64,000 nucleotides of DNA, taken from Pelomyxa schiedti (taxonomy: Eukaryota > Protista > Evosea). The notes below the pieces were generated by a model. It was not told the origin of the DNA, searched no databases, and was given only the letters and a program-made list of their open reading frames with translations. The DNA is taken from positions 1 to 64,000 of the forward strand of contig JAHLWZ010000276.1 in NCBI GenBank assembly GCA_020536535.1. The letters are read 5' to 3'. The translations under genes were made by a program, and so were the position numbers. Of the stretch, positions 20,350-32,200 are shown in pieces. Each line of letters opens with the position of its first letter. The first letter of the stretch is position 1.

Positions 20350-23300
20350 TTACTTGGTAGTAAGAATGGTATTCACAATAGATTGTGCTGCCAGAGGGAG
20401 GCCAACCACAAGTGCAAATCCAAGTAGAACCTCGCTGTTGACAAATGAAACGTCATCATAGTGCCCCTGTGTCAGTGGCCATGATTTGTAGTAGTGTGAT
20501 ATCTCATACACGGCAGCGGATAGCACTGCATGCATAAAAACAGTGTTCCACAGCAACTGCCCTGCTGATCCTGCAGCCGGCTGGATTGTTGTGGGTGTTG
20601 TGGTTGGTGATGTTGTTGATTGGCGTTGGTGGATTTGGCCCAGGCATGTGGCCGAGACAAGAAAGCAAGAGAATTTGTGCAGCACTGTTAGGATTACACT
20701 GAGAACCTATGTTTTGATTGGTGGGTATTACTAGTTGGTTCCGGAGAATTTTAATAAAGGTGAACGGAATTGATACCGGGGGAATCATGGAAGGGTACGG
20801 CAGCCAAACTCTGCAGAGCGGCGGTGCGGTGATGTGGAAGTCTCTTTTCATAGATATGTGGAAACAATAAGCAAGAGACATTCCAAAGAACGCCAGTAAC
20901 GGTGGCACAGTGCGTGAATGAGTGTTGCTAATTTCGGCACTCAATTTCCTCAGGGAAAGTAAAGCCGGCAATTGGCAAAAGATAAATGTCGCTCTTTCTT
21001 TTTGATCCTCCAGAATGAAAGTGAGTACCACTGCCGGCAAGTGCCAAAGGTGGAGGCCCAGGATTGCCTGAGAATTTGAGATCGTGAATGTGACATTGTG
21101 ATAAAATACCGGGTAAATCAGAGTGATTACAAAAAAAACTCCGCAGAGAAGAACGATGAAATTGTCCAATTCCTCACTTCTTGATGCAGAAAGTTTTGTA
21201 TCCTTATACAGAACAATGAAGACCAAGCCCGCACACAGATTAACGAGGCTTTTTTCTTTCCACCCATTGGCATCGAAGTACTGCCACACACAAAAACTAC
21301 AGTGAGGTTATCATAATAATAGTTGAGAAGGTTCCAGTCATTACATGGAAAATCCGATGAAACTGAGAACGTTCCACGGAATAAGAATTTGCCTCGACTC
21401 TGCAAAATATTGCATAAGAGGTTCCAGGGTGGATAACCACAGTACCCTCCATCCCAAAGAAAAAAAGGTGATGAGGTTATCCCATTGGTAATCAAGGGGC
21501 AGAGTTTCATCACAAGCTGTTGTTACGATTAGAAGCCCTGCCATCACACCAGCAAGAGGAATTAAACTGCGGAAGTGTATATTGTTGTAGAATAATTTGT
21601 TGAATCCTCCACACAATCCCACGCCTAACCACAGAGAGATTATCCACAGAAATGTATGTATCAACTTTGACATTCCTTCACATTGTAAATGGTCGTGGGG
21701 ATCAGTATTAAACGAACTTGTGTGATCTCTCGGGCCGCAGAAGTGCGTGGAGTAATACAGTCCTGAATAGACGAGCAAGAGGCAGCACACTTTAAGGTAC
21801 GGAAAGGAGTTCCTCAACACCGATACTGAATTTTAGTCAGAACAAAGTAGATCCTCCAGTATTCTACCACGGACGGTTTCAGAAATGCTCCGCATATACT
21901 TCTGAACCACTTCCAACTGGTCAGCTCTAGTGAACCCATCAGTAGCAAAAGGCACGTTCATTGCTTCCCGCTCGGCATTGCTAAGAATACTGCTTTTTGA
22001 TTCCATATTCTTTCTCAATTGAACGAGGGTCTGGGCATACAAGGTTTTCAAATATGTCCAGTTGGTTGAGGCAGGGAAAGCAACGCCCAGCGAATTCAAT
22101 GGAATACTTGAACATGAAAAATACTGGGAAAGAGTTGGTGCCACGTCAGTCACTTCCAATAGAGGTGGAACTGTGCCCGAAGTGATGTTTCCCCAGGCCT
22201 GCTTGTGGAGATGCGGATTGTACAACGTAACGAATGCTTCATTGCCTTCCACTTGCAACGCATTTGGAGAATTCAAGCCTTCAGAAGGTGCTACTCCATG
22301 ATCAGACATCACAGCTAGAAGGTAATCGTCGTGTGCACTCACCCATTCTTTTACTTTTTCAAGATTCTAGTAGAGTTTGAGGTTGAGGTCCTCCTGGGTG
22401 TGCGCATACCTTCTTAAACGCAGAAACCATTCTTTTTGATGTCTTGGAGAATTGAGCAGTATTTTGCTTGTGGTTTGCCATGTCCAAAACTGCAGAGGAA
22501 GCTACTACGTTGCAGGTCCCAAAATTAGTAACTGAATCAAGCTGCAAGTCGATCTGGGAACGTCAACTGCGATGTTGAGGAGAATCGGGGAGTACAATGC
22601 TTTCATTGAACATTAAGTGCGGAAATAACACACTGAGATCCGCGGAATAGTGTTGCTTTGCCACCCACTTCTTATTATACGCGAATAGATGAACGAATGA
22701 GTCATAATAACCTTCCATTGCATAAAAAGCAGTCTGTGTTTTAACTTAGGAAGAGAAAGCAACCCTGAAATATTTAGTATAACGGGGCAATGAGTACTGG
22801 TGATTTCGCCAGTGCATCACATTCATAAATTTGGTGAAATAAGTTATCAATCTTCACTGCAGTTCCAATGGTATTTTTGCTGAATACCCCTGTAAAGAAG
22901 CTTGTCATAACCGGTCCTACCGCTTGCAAGTAACTTGGTGGCGATCGCACTGGAATGGAAGGTGAATTCTATATACCCTGGAGTGTATCAGTTACCTCGA
23001 AATGTGTGCACGTTTTCCCCTGTTGTTATTCCTTGGCGCTTACCGATATCATAGTTCAGGCCCTCAATAAAAAAAAGGATAAACCTGGGGCCAGATAAAA
23101 ACTCACTCAAGAAAAAAACTTGATGTGCATACTTGTCATACCCAAGACCATGTTCCTTCTTCCTTGGGCACATCTCACCATCCCCGTAGACATAATCTAT
23201 GACATTCCTAAAGTTAACAAAGGACAGGAAAAAGTTTAGAATTTAAAACTCTGGAAATCCCTTGAGCCCGCCATAGGAATAAGGACAGCACGCACAATTA

Positions 23301-23668
23301 TCGCGCGTCCAGCACTCCCTGTTGTCGCTCCCCGGGCGCGACAACGCAATGCCAGCGGAATCCCCATCCCACAGCATCCTACCCCCATTACACACGCACA
23401 GGTACCCGGCCGTCGCGTAGCAGCACAGGAACACAAGGGCAGCCCCGGGCAGCCGCCGCAGCCCCCCCGCCCCGGCTGCTGCTGGTTCCCTCTCCCTCTC
23501 CCTCTCCCTCTCCCGCCCCGGCCCGGTGCCTCGTGGTGGTTCCTGCACCTGGTAGTGGTGGTGGTGCCCATCCTTGCCGGCACCGGGCGCCGTTTGTGTG
23601 GCCGCGGCTTCCTCGTCCTCGTCCTCGTCATTGTCCTTGTGTGTGGGTGGAGCTGTGCGGCATTTCAT
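20350..23668 (-). CDS. GPI ethanolamine-phosphate transferase-like (PIG-O/PIG-G family), multi-exon
   Basis: N-terminal TM segment; FILFFIEGLNYD, SPPSY..FFTG..IDNLFHQ, LLAVMSDHG, DVAPTLS, IPLNSLG; then many TM segments. Confidence 0.7.
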
Positions 23669-24079
23669 CTCGTCGTAGTCGTGGCGTTGTTGTTGATCAC
23701 CATCACTGTCTCAGGCTCATTATTCCATCATGTGGTGGGGAGCCGCATTGGCATCGATGCAATCTAGTACACACAGGCACTCCTGCGACACCCACGTGTG
23801 ATTCCCCCAACACCCAAGACTGACATTGCAGAGAGATTCTGGTCACGGGACAGAGGTATGCCTTGTTTGTGCGGTGTCACACAGTGTGCCCACGTGGCGT
23901 GGGGGTTGTTGTTTTGTTGTTTACTTGGTGCCTACTACCCACACAGAAGTTCGGCGCAATCTGATCCCACAACACCGAAATGGAAAGCAGTACGCGGTGA
24001 TGGGAGATCCGCTGTATCCCTTTTTGTGCTTTTTTCAGCCTTTACAGAGTGCAAGAAGAGCAAGTGCTGCCACTCGTGT

Positions 24080-26063
24080 TTAGACTGCGAGAGAGTCCTT
24101 GATTACGTTGAGGGTCGATGTGATGTGGTCGGGGTGTGTATCTTTGCTGAGGGAGAACCTAATCCCTGTGACTTTGATGGAGCCTGGTGCTGTGAACCCT
24201 GACACGTGAATCCGGTGCGAACTGTGCAGTAGTGTGTGTGTTGTTAGGGAGGGAAGAGAAGGGAGTGATGTGTTACAATTATATTGTAGTTTGTTGTTGG
24301 TGCAGTAGTACCTGAGGGCGTTAAGAACTTTCTTGTGGTGCGGACCAAAGGAGACAAAAGAAATGTTGGGAAGCCTGGGGGATTCGGCACCAATTATAGT
24401 GATTTCACTGTGGATTTCTTGACAGAATTGTGTCAAAGCGGCTTCAAACTCGTCGCGCATCCTTCTGACTTCGCTGTCAACATCTTTGATTACGTTGAGC
24501 ATAATCACAAACTGAGGGAAAGATATACATGGTTGGGTTCTTGATGCAATCTTGAGTGCTTCAGTTATTCCAACTAACCCTGGGAGGTTGGTAATTCCAC
24601 CCCGATTCAGTTCGTTCTATTTCCTTCTTAGAGGAGATAGAGGTAAACATTTAGAGATTGCGTACTTGGTACTCTGAACGATGTTAATTGCGCAGAATAG
24701 ACATTAAAGCATAAAGAAAATACCTCCATGAATCAGCGGCATTGCATGCCGGCCATCCTTGGTGACCAGAAGCCCAGTTCCTGATGAGAAGTACTTACTT
24801 ACTTAAGTCTTCAAATCGAAAGGTACCATTTGGGCCGTAGATTTTATGCCCCGAAATCGACATGAAGTCAGCCCCCAGGGATGAAAAAGAAAACGGCAGT
24901 TTGCCAATCCCCTGCACGCCGTCAATGTGAAAAAGGGCGCCGTTCTATTGAATGTGAAAAGGAAAATAAAGAAATTCGCGAATCTACTTCGTGGGCAACT
25001 TGACAAAGTTCCTTAAAGTAATGTAAGAAAAGAAAGTAATTTAAATTGAAGTGATGAGGCTACTTCAATTGGATTTATCACACCGGTTATCGATGAAGCC
25101 CAATTCTATCACAGTGAGTTGTGGATAGTAGCAAATGGGAGTGGAGAATTACAACGGAAACTAGTAATGTTGTACCGGAAATGAATCGTCTCAGCGATTC
25201 TACCTCAACGTAACCATCTTCAAAGCAATGTAAACAGGTAAATAAGTGGGAAGAAGTTCAAACCCAATTTGCAAGGGAGATATAATACCGGTGCTCCAAG
25301 CTCCTGCACAAACCTGCATGCTCTAAAAAGTGTGAGTTACCTTATAGAAAAAGAGAGGCAGACTGAGTGACTGAGGGATGGTCAGAAAGTGCGGTGATGA
25401 TCTGAAGACGATAAGATTAAAAGGCTACAAAGTATTTTCTAACGCACCTGGAGCCTGTTGTGGCAGTTTTTTGGTGCGAAATGCATTGCCTTTATCACTG
25501 TAATTAAACCAGTGTTCAATAAATAGGTACTACAGAGCAAAGGAAATGCCTTGATTGCAAGACTCGGTAGCACTGGAGGTCTGCCAAATTTAAGATTATT
25601 ACTCTTTGAGCTTCAGGGAAAACCTACCAGAGTGATCTTGTCATCTTCACAACAGTGGAGAAGGTTCTTGATGGTGCTAACGTAACCCTGCTCCTCTCCT
25701 CTTATTTCCTCTGACTCAACAGTCATTCCAAGGAAATTTCCAAGAATAAAAACAAAAAACGAGAACCAACCTCTTGAGAAGAAGAACTTTTCACCCCTCA
25801 AAAAAGGCAGCATTGCATCCACCACGCTCCCATCAATCCTCGTAGTACTGCACTGTGCAGTACTGCGTCATCACACAGCATCCACAACATCAACAAACAA
25901 CACAGCATTTGTGTATTTGGGTCCCACAATACAACTCAACTCCACGTACGTTGTCCAAATAAACGTCGCCGGGTAACTCTCCCTCCGTATTGTGCGTGCC
26001 ACCACTTGCACGGCCCTCACTGCCTACGAGGGCGGGATTATGGGCCTCGGTGCTCGCCGACAT
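24080..26063 (-). CDS. NifS/IscS-like PLP enzyme (aminotransferase class V) lacking the catalytic Cys loop
   Basis: VYLDN, DHPSV, HIDGVQGIGK, SISGHKIYGP, RLPNISFVSF, GIRFSLS; multi-exon. Confidence 0.85.
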
Positions 26064-26220
26064 GTTCGCGAAGACACAAGTCGCTATTGATTATCCAGAA
26101 CCTTCGTTCCCAGAAAAGTTTCCCTCATTTTGAAAATACGCGCCTTCATTGGCAGGAGGGACAATAGAAAAAGAAAGAAAATGGATTCACTTCTGGAGAC
26201 AAGGTTGTGAAAAACAACAG

Positions 26221-28397
26221 TTACATGCCCACAAGGAAGTTGGAGAACTGAAGTGGGTCGTCTGGGTCCCTGGGTGCTTTTTGTAGCTGGTTGTGGTTCT
26301 GTAATGTAATGAGACGGGAATGGCCGAACAATAAAAGAGTGTAGCCAAACCTTGAGCGGGTGCCAGTCGGTCCAGTACCCACGGCACTCCAAGAAGGGCT
26401 TGACAAAGTCGATAATTTCGTTGTGGTCCATGTCTGTTGGGCAGTGGTTAATGAATGTTAAGTTGGTTGGATTTGATAGTAACACACCACAAGGCTCGAT
26501 TAGGCCGGACATCGGGTGCGCAACAGCCCACCGGAACCCCGCAATGACACCGTAAGTTACGGGGCATGTTGTTGCATTGACACGCACATGGGGTAGCATT
26601 TGCTTAACCTTTTCGACCGAGATATTTACTCCGTACCTGTGAGCTGGTTAAATTAGGGCGAAAGTTAAACGACCGTACCAATAGCCGCCAAGTTTGCTGC
26701 CAAGTATGAGCATACCGTATTCGTCATAACCACCCGGCAGGATGTAGGGCGGAAGGAGAATGCGGTGTTTTTGTTGTGCGATGAAATCGTTCTCCGCCAG
26801 CTCTCTCAGAGATAATACAGCATCGTCACAAGGGTGGTAGGAATAATATGTGGTTGGGCGGTAAATGTCACGACCGGTACTGGCGTCCTTAATCGTGAGG
26901 AAATCAGCAAGTTCCAGACACTAATAACCAAGAGTTAGTTGCTGACAGGGAGTTTGTTTTTTTCTTCGTACCTCATAATGAGTGGTTAGAGTGCCGAAGT
27001 GCGGACCCTGTCGAGGGCACCAGGTTTTCACTAACACAAGGTTAAACAAAACTTCGAAAGAAAGGGCTCTACCTGTGCAAAGAGCACTCGGTCTGTCAAG
27101 CATAATCGCGGACTTGGAGCCAGTTGTGTGCTGAAAGAGAAGTCAAGGACAAAGGAAGAGTTAGAGTGCAGACCAGTAAAGCTCCCTCTGGAAGACGTCT
27201 TTCGTGTGTGCCCCAGCCCATTTCTGCCGGTTGGAGCAGTTCTTCAATGTCTACATCAAGTCTCAGTTAATCAATTGCGATGCAGAGACATACAGCCAAT
27301 GACAGACCACGTTTGAACAAATTCGCCCTTCTTTTTTGGTACAGATGACTGTTGTCCGTCTCGTTCAGAAACTTGAATAATCTTCAGTATGTAAGTGCTA
27401 GGAAAAAAGTGTTTGCGTCTTACACGAATTCCGAGTCTTTGGCAGAGTGCAGCCCACTCTTCTTTATTGGCCGGAATTGGAGGGGCTACACCGTCAACAG
27501 CTGTTGCTATCTCATATATACCTTGTTTGGCAAACGACTCTGCAAGACCGGGGTTTGCTCCATGTGAGGTAACTGTAAAAAACTTGTAAGGCGATGACCC
27601 CAACAATGAAAAGGCTGTTTACTTGCAGTAGTAGAGCGCCCTTTAAAGGCACCAAGGCGTTGCCTCAGCTCTAAAAATTTATTCCGTATGGAATAATTAC
27701 TTCTGTCCTCCATTCTGGGATAAATTGTGAGACTAAGACACTGTGGAAGAAAGAATAAGTACGAGATATTTGGGTCCATGAACTCGTCACCCCAGGGCTC
27801 GAGGGAGGCGTCCTGGTAAAGAATTCTTCTGCGCTGGCAGTACTCCATAAGCGCAAGGCTACCAACGGAAACGGAAAGATTGAGGAGGAAGTCACCTGGA
27901 GCAAGGAATCTAAAACACAGGTTATGAGGGCCATTTACAGAGAAAGATAACAAACCCGTCAAGTACAGACACAAAATTCTCCTTGGTAAATTTCTGAATA
28001 ACGTAGCGCATGCCAAGACCTTCGGCAGTCGATCTCCCTGTCAGAAACAGTTAGAAGAGTGCATATCTTTTCTCTACAGAGAGGGAAAGAACCTCCATTG
28101 TCAGCGGAAAGAACCGTTATCAATGCCGGATTCATGTTCACGTAACGAATGATGAGTGGCAGCACACCTGCGGGAGCAGAAACGTTATTATTTGGAATAG
28201 GCGATAGCTACGCAAATTTTCATACTTTGTGCTATTACACCAGCGCCGATGACAAGGACTTTGTTACTCCACGTCGGGTTGGGTGACATGTGACCCATCA
28301 TAACACCAACGCGACGAGAAGCCGATGACGCGGACGCACTGGTAGTAGCATCAGTAGCTGTCGCAGATCCGGCAGAGGCAGAGCTAGGCGATGACAT
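26221..28397 (-). CDS. hss: Bacterial-type homospermidine synthase, intron-containing
   Basis: VIGAGVIA, LNLSVSV, DASLEPW, HGANPG, VSERD, EFV-TWS, THYE, YRPT.YY.YHPCDDA, GYDE, NAT..V, DPLQFSNF; many GT-AG introns. Confidence 0.9.
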
Positions 28398-28690
28398 CAC
28401 CAAATGAACGAGGCGAGGTTTTTTATTTTAATTGTTCCAAACAGCAAACCCGTTGACCTTCTCGAAACAAAGAAAGATCCGTCAAAATGACCAGATGACA
28501 TCATCGATCTGTTATCGCCATTTCACCCCCCTCACACTCACATAAACTATGAATGGTTGTTTGTTTAACACAAAAACACATCTTTTCTTCTTCCCTTAGT
28601 TTTTTGCTCCATATAAGAGATCATGATCTTAAGGCTAGTTGCAACGAGTCAAGACCAGGCCATTGTACATAACGATCTCCTCGGTGTTGC

Positions 28691-28983
28691 TTAGGAGCCA
28701 ACAATGATGTTGTTGATGGGGATGTGGACGAGTTTGACAAAGAAGCCAATGAACCCCATAATGCAAAATCCAATCGTGGTTCCGAGAGCCAACTTGCTGA
28801 ACTCTACAGCACAGCGTTACCAGTTGTAGGAGGCGGAGGAGGGAGGGAAAAAAAAAACGAAGTGCAGAAAGCATAGAGGGTGCGCGTACCTTTCCAGGTT
28901 GGTTTCTCGCACATCACGAGGAATTGGTGGCTGTCCTTGGCGAACTTCTTCACAGAACGCGTTGTCTTGGCGAGTGTGTCCAT
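28691..28983 (-). CDS. SEC61G: Protein translocon subunit Sec61 gamma (2 exons)
   Basis: [18 protein letters not shown]|[37 protein letters not shown]. Confidence 0.95.
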
Positions 28984-29254
28984 TTATTTTGTCCTTTCGT
29001 GGGGCCCGACGCTCGTGGTATCGCCGCAGTGTTCTGTGCTGATTTGTTTTTAATTGTGACTGTTTTCGCGTTAGTGATTTGGTCAAAGTCAAATGATCCC
29101 AGCGAACTGGAGACAATTCTCAGCCGCGGCGATGATGATAAGTAAATAAGTGCCTCTCTCCTGCTTACAGAGCTGGATTCTAAGTCTTTTTTTCGGGTGG
29201 ATCTCGAAAACCAACATCCTAAAGAGAAAAACATCACCGCAACCAAACGCTGGA

Positions 29255-32200
29255 ATGTTCAAACGAAAAACATTTCAACTTGTCACTCAGAAACAAAACA
29301 GAAAGCAGCACAACAACAGCGATCTCTACCACAACCAGATCTACGACAACAAACAAGCAAAGCAAGCTCCACAGCAACCCTCTATGTCCGCGAATGTACG
29401 TCCGGCGGGTCCCTCGACGTACTCAATAACATCGTCGTCCACGTCAACGTCGACATCGTCATCGTCAACAAACAGTGGCGAAAGCGGCGCCATATCGCCG
29501 TCGTCTTCGCGATCTTCTTCGTCTCTCGCAAGCGATTCGAGCGGCGCCGTAACGCCGACGGCCGCCAAGAGCTACGTCGCGTCGTCTCTGTCGTATTCTG
29601 AAATGGCTTCGTCGTCCTCCACGCCGACGAGAGACAGCACGTTGAAGAACATGCTGGGTCAATCCTCGAGCTTGATGATGGCAATGTTGCAACGGGGAGA
29701 CGAGGCACTGCCTGGTTTGCAGAGCCAGGTTGCACAAGGCTCTCAGCAAAGCTCGGGCAAGTCGGGTGATAAAAAGGATAAGACAAAGCAACCCAAGTGG
29801 TTAAACACTACGTTTGGAACATTTGTAGGCATTCCTTGCTCAACTCTTTTTTGTCGGAGGGTAATGGCACTTACTCTTCTAGATACTTGGTGATCTCATT
29901 GGCCGTGGTGCCCAATCCAAGGTGTATCGAGCCATGAGCACCACTGGTGCCTTTGTGGCTGTCAAAAAAATCAACACTGTAGGTGTAGATAATACAATTC
30001 TGGATGCTGTGCAGGTTCAACTCCTTTTTTGAATTACTGTCTTAAAGTTCCTTGCTTGCAGAGAGAGGTAGATATCCTAAAAATGGTTGAACATCCAAAT
30101 GTCATTAAAGTTATTGGGCTCCATAAAACACCTAAGAGCTTGTGTCTGATCTTAGAGTTGTATCTTGGTGTATTCACGTCGTTCTAATGCACAACAACAA
30201 ATCAAAGATACGCAGAGAACGGATCCCTTGACAGACTTTTGAAAGAATTCTCAGCCTTGCCTGAGCCACTTGTTCTTGCCTTTGCAAAGCAGGTCTCTTT
30301 TTTATTTCTGTTAAATGAGGTTTAACTGATTCCCAGATTTTAAGTGCACTTGTATGCCTGCACTCAAAACACATAATACACAGAGATATTAAAGCTGGGA
30401 ATTGTCTCGTGTCGAAGGTAACTTTAACAAACAAAATTTAGAAAGTGACCCTTGAAGGACGGTTCTATCAAATTAGCAGATTTTGGAATCTCCACAGTAA
30501 TGCAAAATGATAATAAAAATTTCTCTCTTGTTGGGAGTCCTTTCTGGAGTAAGTTCCTTCTACATGCACCCCACAGCTTAACTTCTCCCAGTGGCTCCTG
30601 AGGTCATTCAGAACAACGGTCATGATGCACTGTCTGATATCTGGTACAATGGCCTTGTTTCCCCAAAAACTCAAAAAGTACAAGGAGTCTTGGAATCACG
30701 ATTTATGAATTGATAACAGGGAATCCACCATTCTATGAGTGAGTCACTTTCATAGTTTATTTTATTCTGACAGTTGTAATTCAGGGGAAGTGGATTCAAT
30801 GCGATGTTCAGAATAACACAGTGTGAAATACCCGTTCCAACCAATTGTTCACCGGTACTGTTATCCTGAAAACAGTTTTTTTTTTTTTCTGATGGAATAT
30901 TAGGAGCTACAAGACTTTCTGAAGTTGTGTCTTCAAAAAGATCCTAAAGACAGGCCTTGTGCTACGAAGTTGGCCTCCCACCCATGGATTACTGGAAGTG
31001 CACTGAATTCTGTACCATCCCCGCAGCAAGACGAAATGTGCAGAGCGGAGGAGGAAAAAAAAGAGCAGGAACGGCAGTCTCAAATTCAAGAGCAACAACG
31101 ACAAGAACAGCGAAGGCAAGAACTGCAAAGCCAGTCATTGGAGCAGAGTGCTGAGGCACAGGAGTCTCCTGTAAGTTGTTATCTCCTTCCCAACCTTCAT
31201 AACTCAGTTATGTAGCAATCTATGTATGATAGCCTCAGATCTGCGGGTGTGCCCAGAGTTGAAAATATACTTGCTACCCTCCTTGATCCGAATGTCAGCT
31301 TGAAGAAAGCACAAGCCCAAGTCATGTACGTGAAAACTGTTAAGTGTGCTGAATGTAACAGTTCACTGTATAGACACAACATGAATGCAGCAGAACGCAG
31401 GCAGAGGAATCTTAGTATGCCTCCGGACTGCTTGCAACTAGATGTTCGCGGTGTAGAGACCTATGCCCCTGCACAAGGTTTTCCCCTGCACTTGATTTGA
31501 TTCATTAATATGGGTGACATGTGGCATATCCAATAGGCAGTCAGTTACCAAGTGGACCCCCTGATGAGCCTCCCCCAGCCATACAACGTTCACCAATTTC
31601 ACCCTCCACACCTCCCAATAGCCCTTCTAAGTTTCCTAATTCCCAGTTAAGCCCAACATCGCGGAGCATTATTTCACCTCATACGAGACATTTAAGTCAC
31701 ACGCCTCCACAGGTACCAGCATTGAAGCTTAATCTCCTAAATTTGCCTGCAACACCTATGCCCTCAGCACCTCAGCCCACAGACCAACCTCACGTTCAGC
31801 TCCGGTTTTCTCCCAGAGCACAACCACCCCATCTCCACCCTCTTTCACCCCTTCAACAGCGCACTTCATCGACAAATCTCCTGGCTAACATCCCGGAAGT
31901 CACCAGCTCTCCACGCCATCGCAATCTATCGTTTGCGGTTCCTTCTCCAAGAAGCACTCCCTCTCCACCACAAACACGACAGCCATACATTCCCCAGTTG
32001 CAGCCTTACATTCCCCAGTTGCCAAGCACAAATGTTCCTTTCTCTCCACGGCAAGCTAACCCTGCAGCTGCCCATCTCCCCATCTATGTCAATCCAAGCA
32101 TCACTCCCTCAGCAGTGGCGGCCAGTATTTTCCACACTCCCGCTTCCTCCTCACCTCTCGTTACCAATGTCCTTAGGGCCCCAACACCTGAAACCAACAC

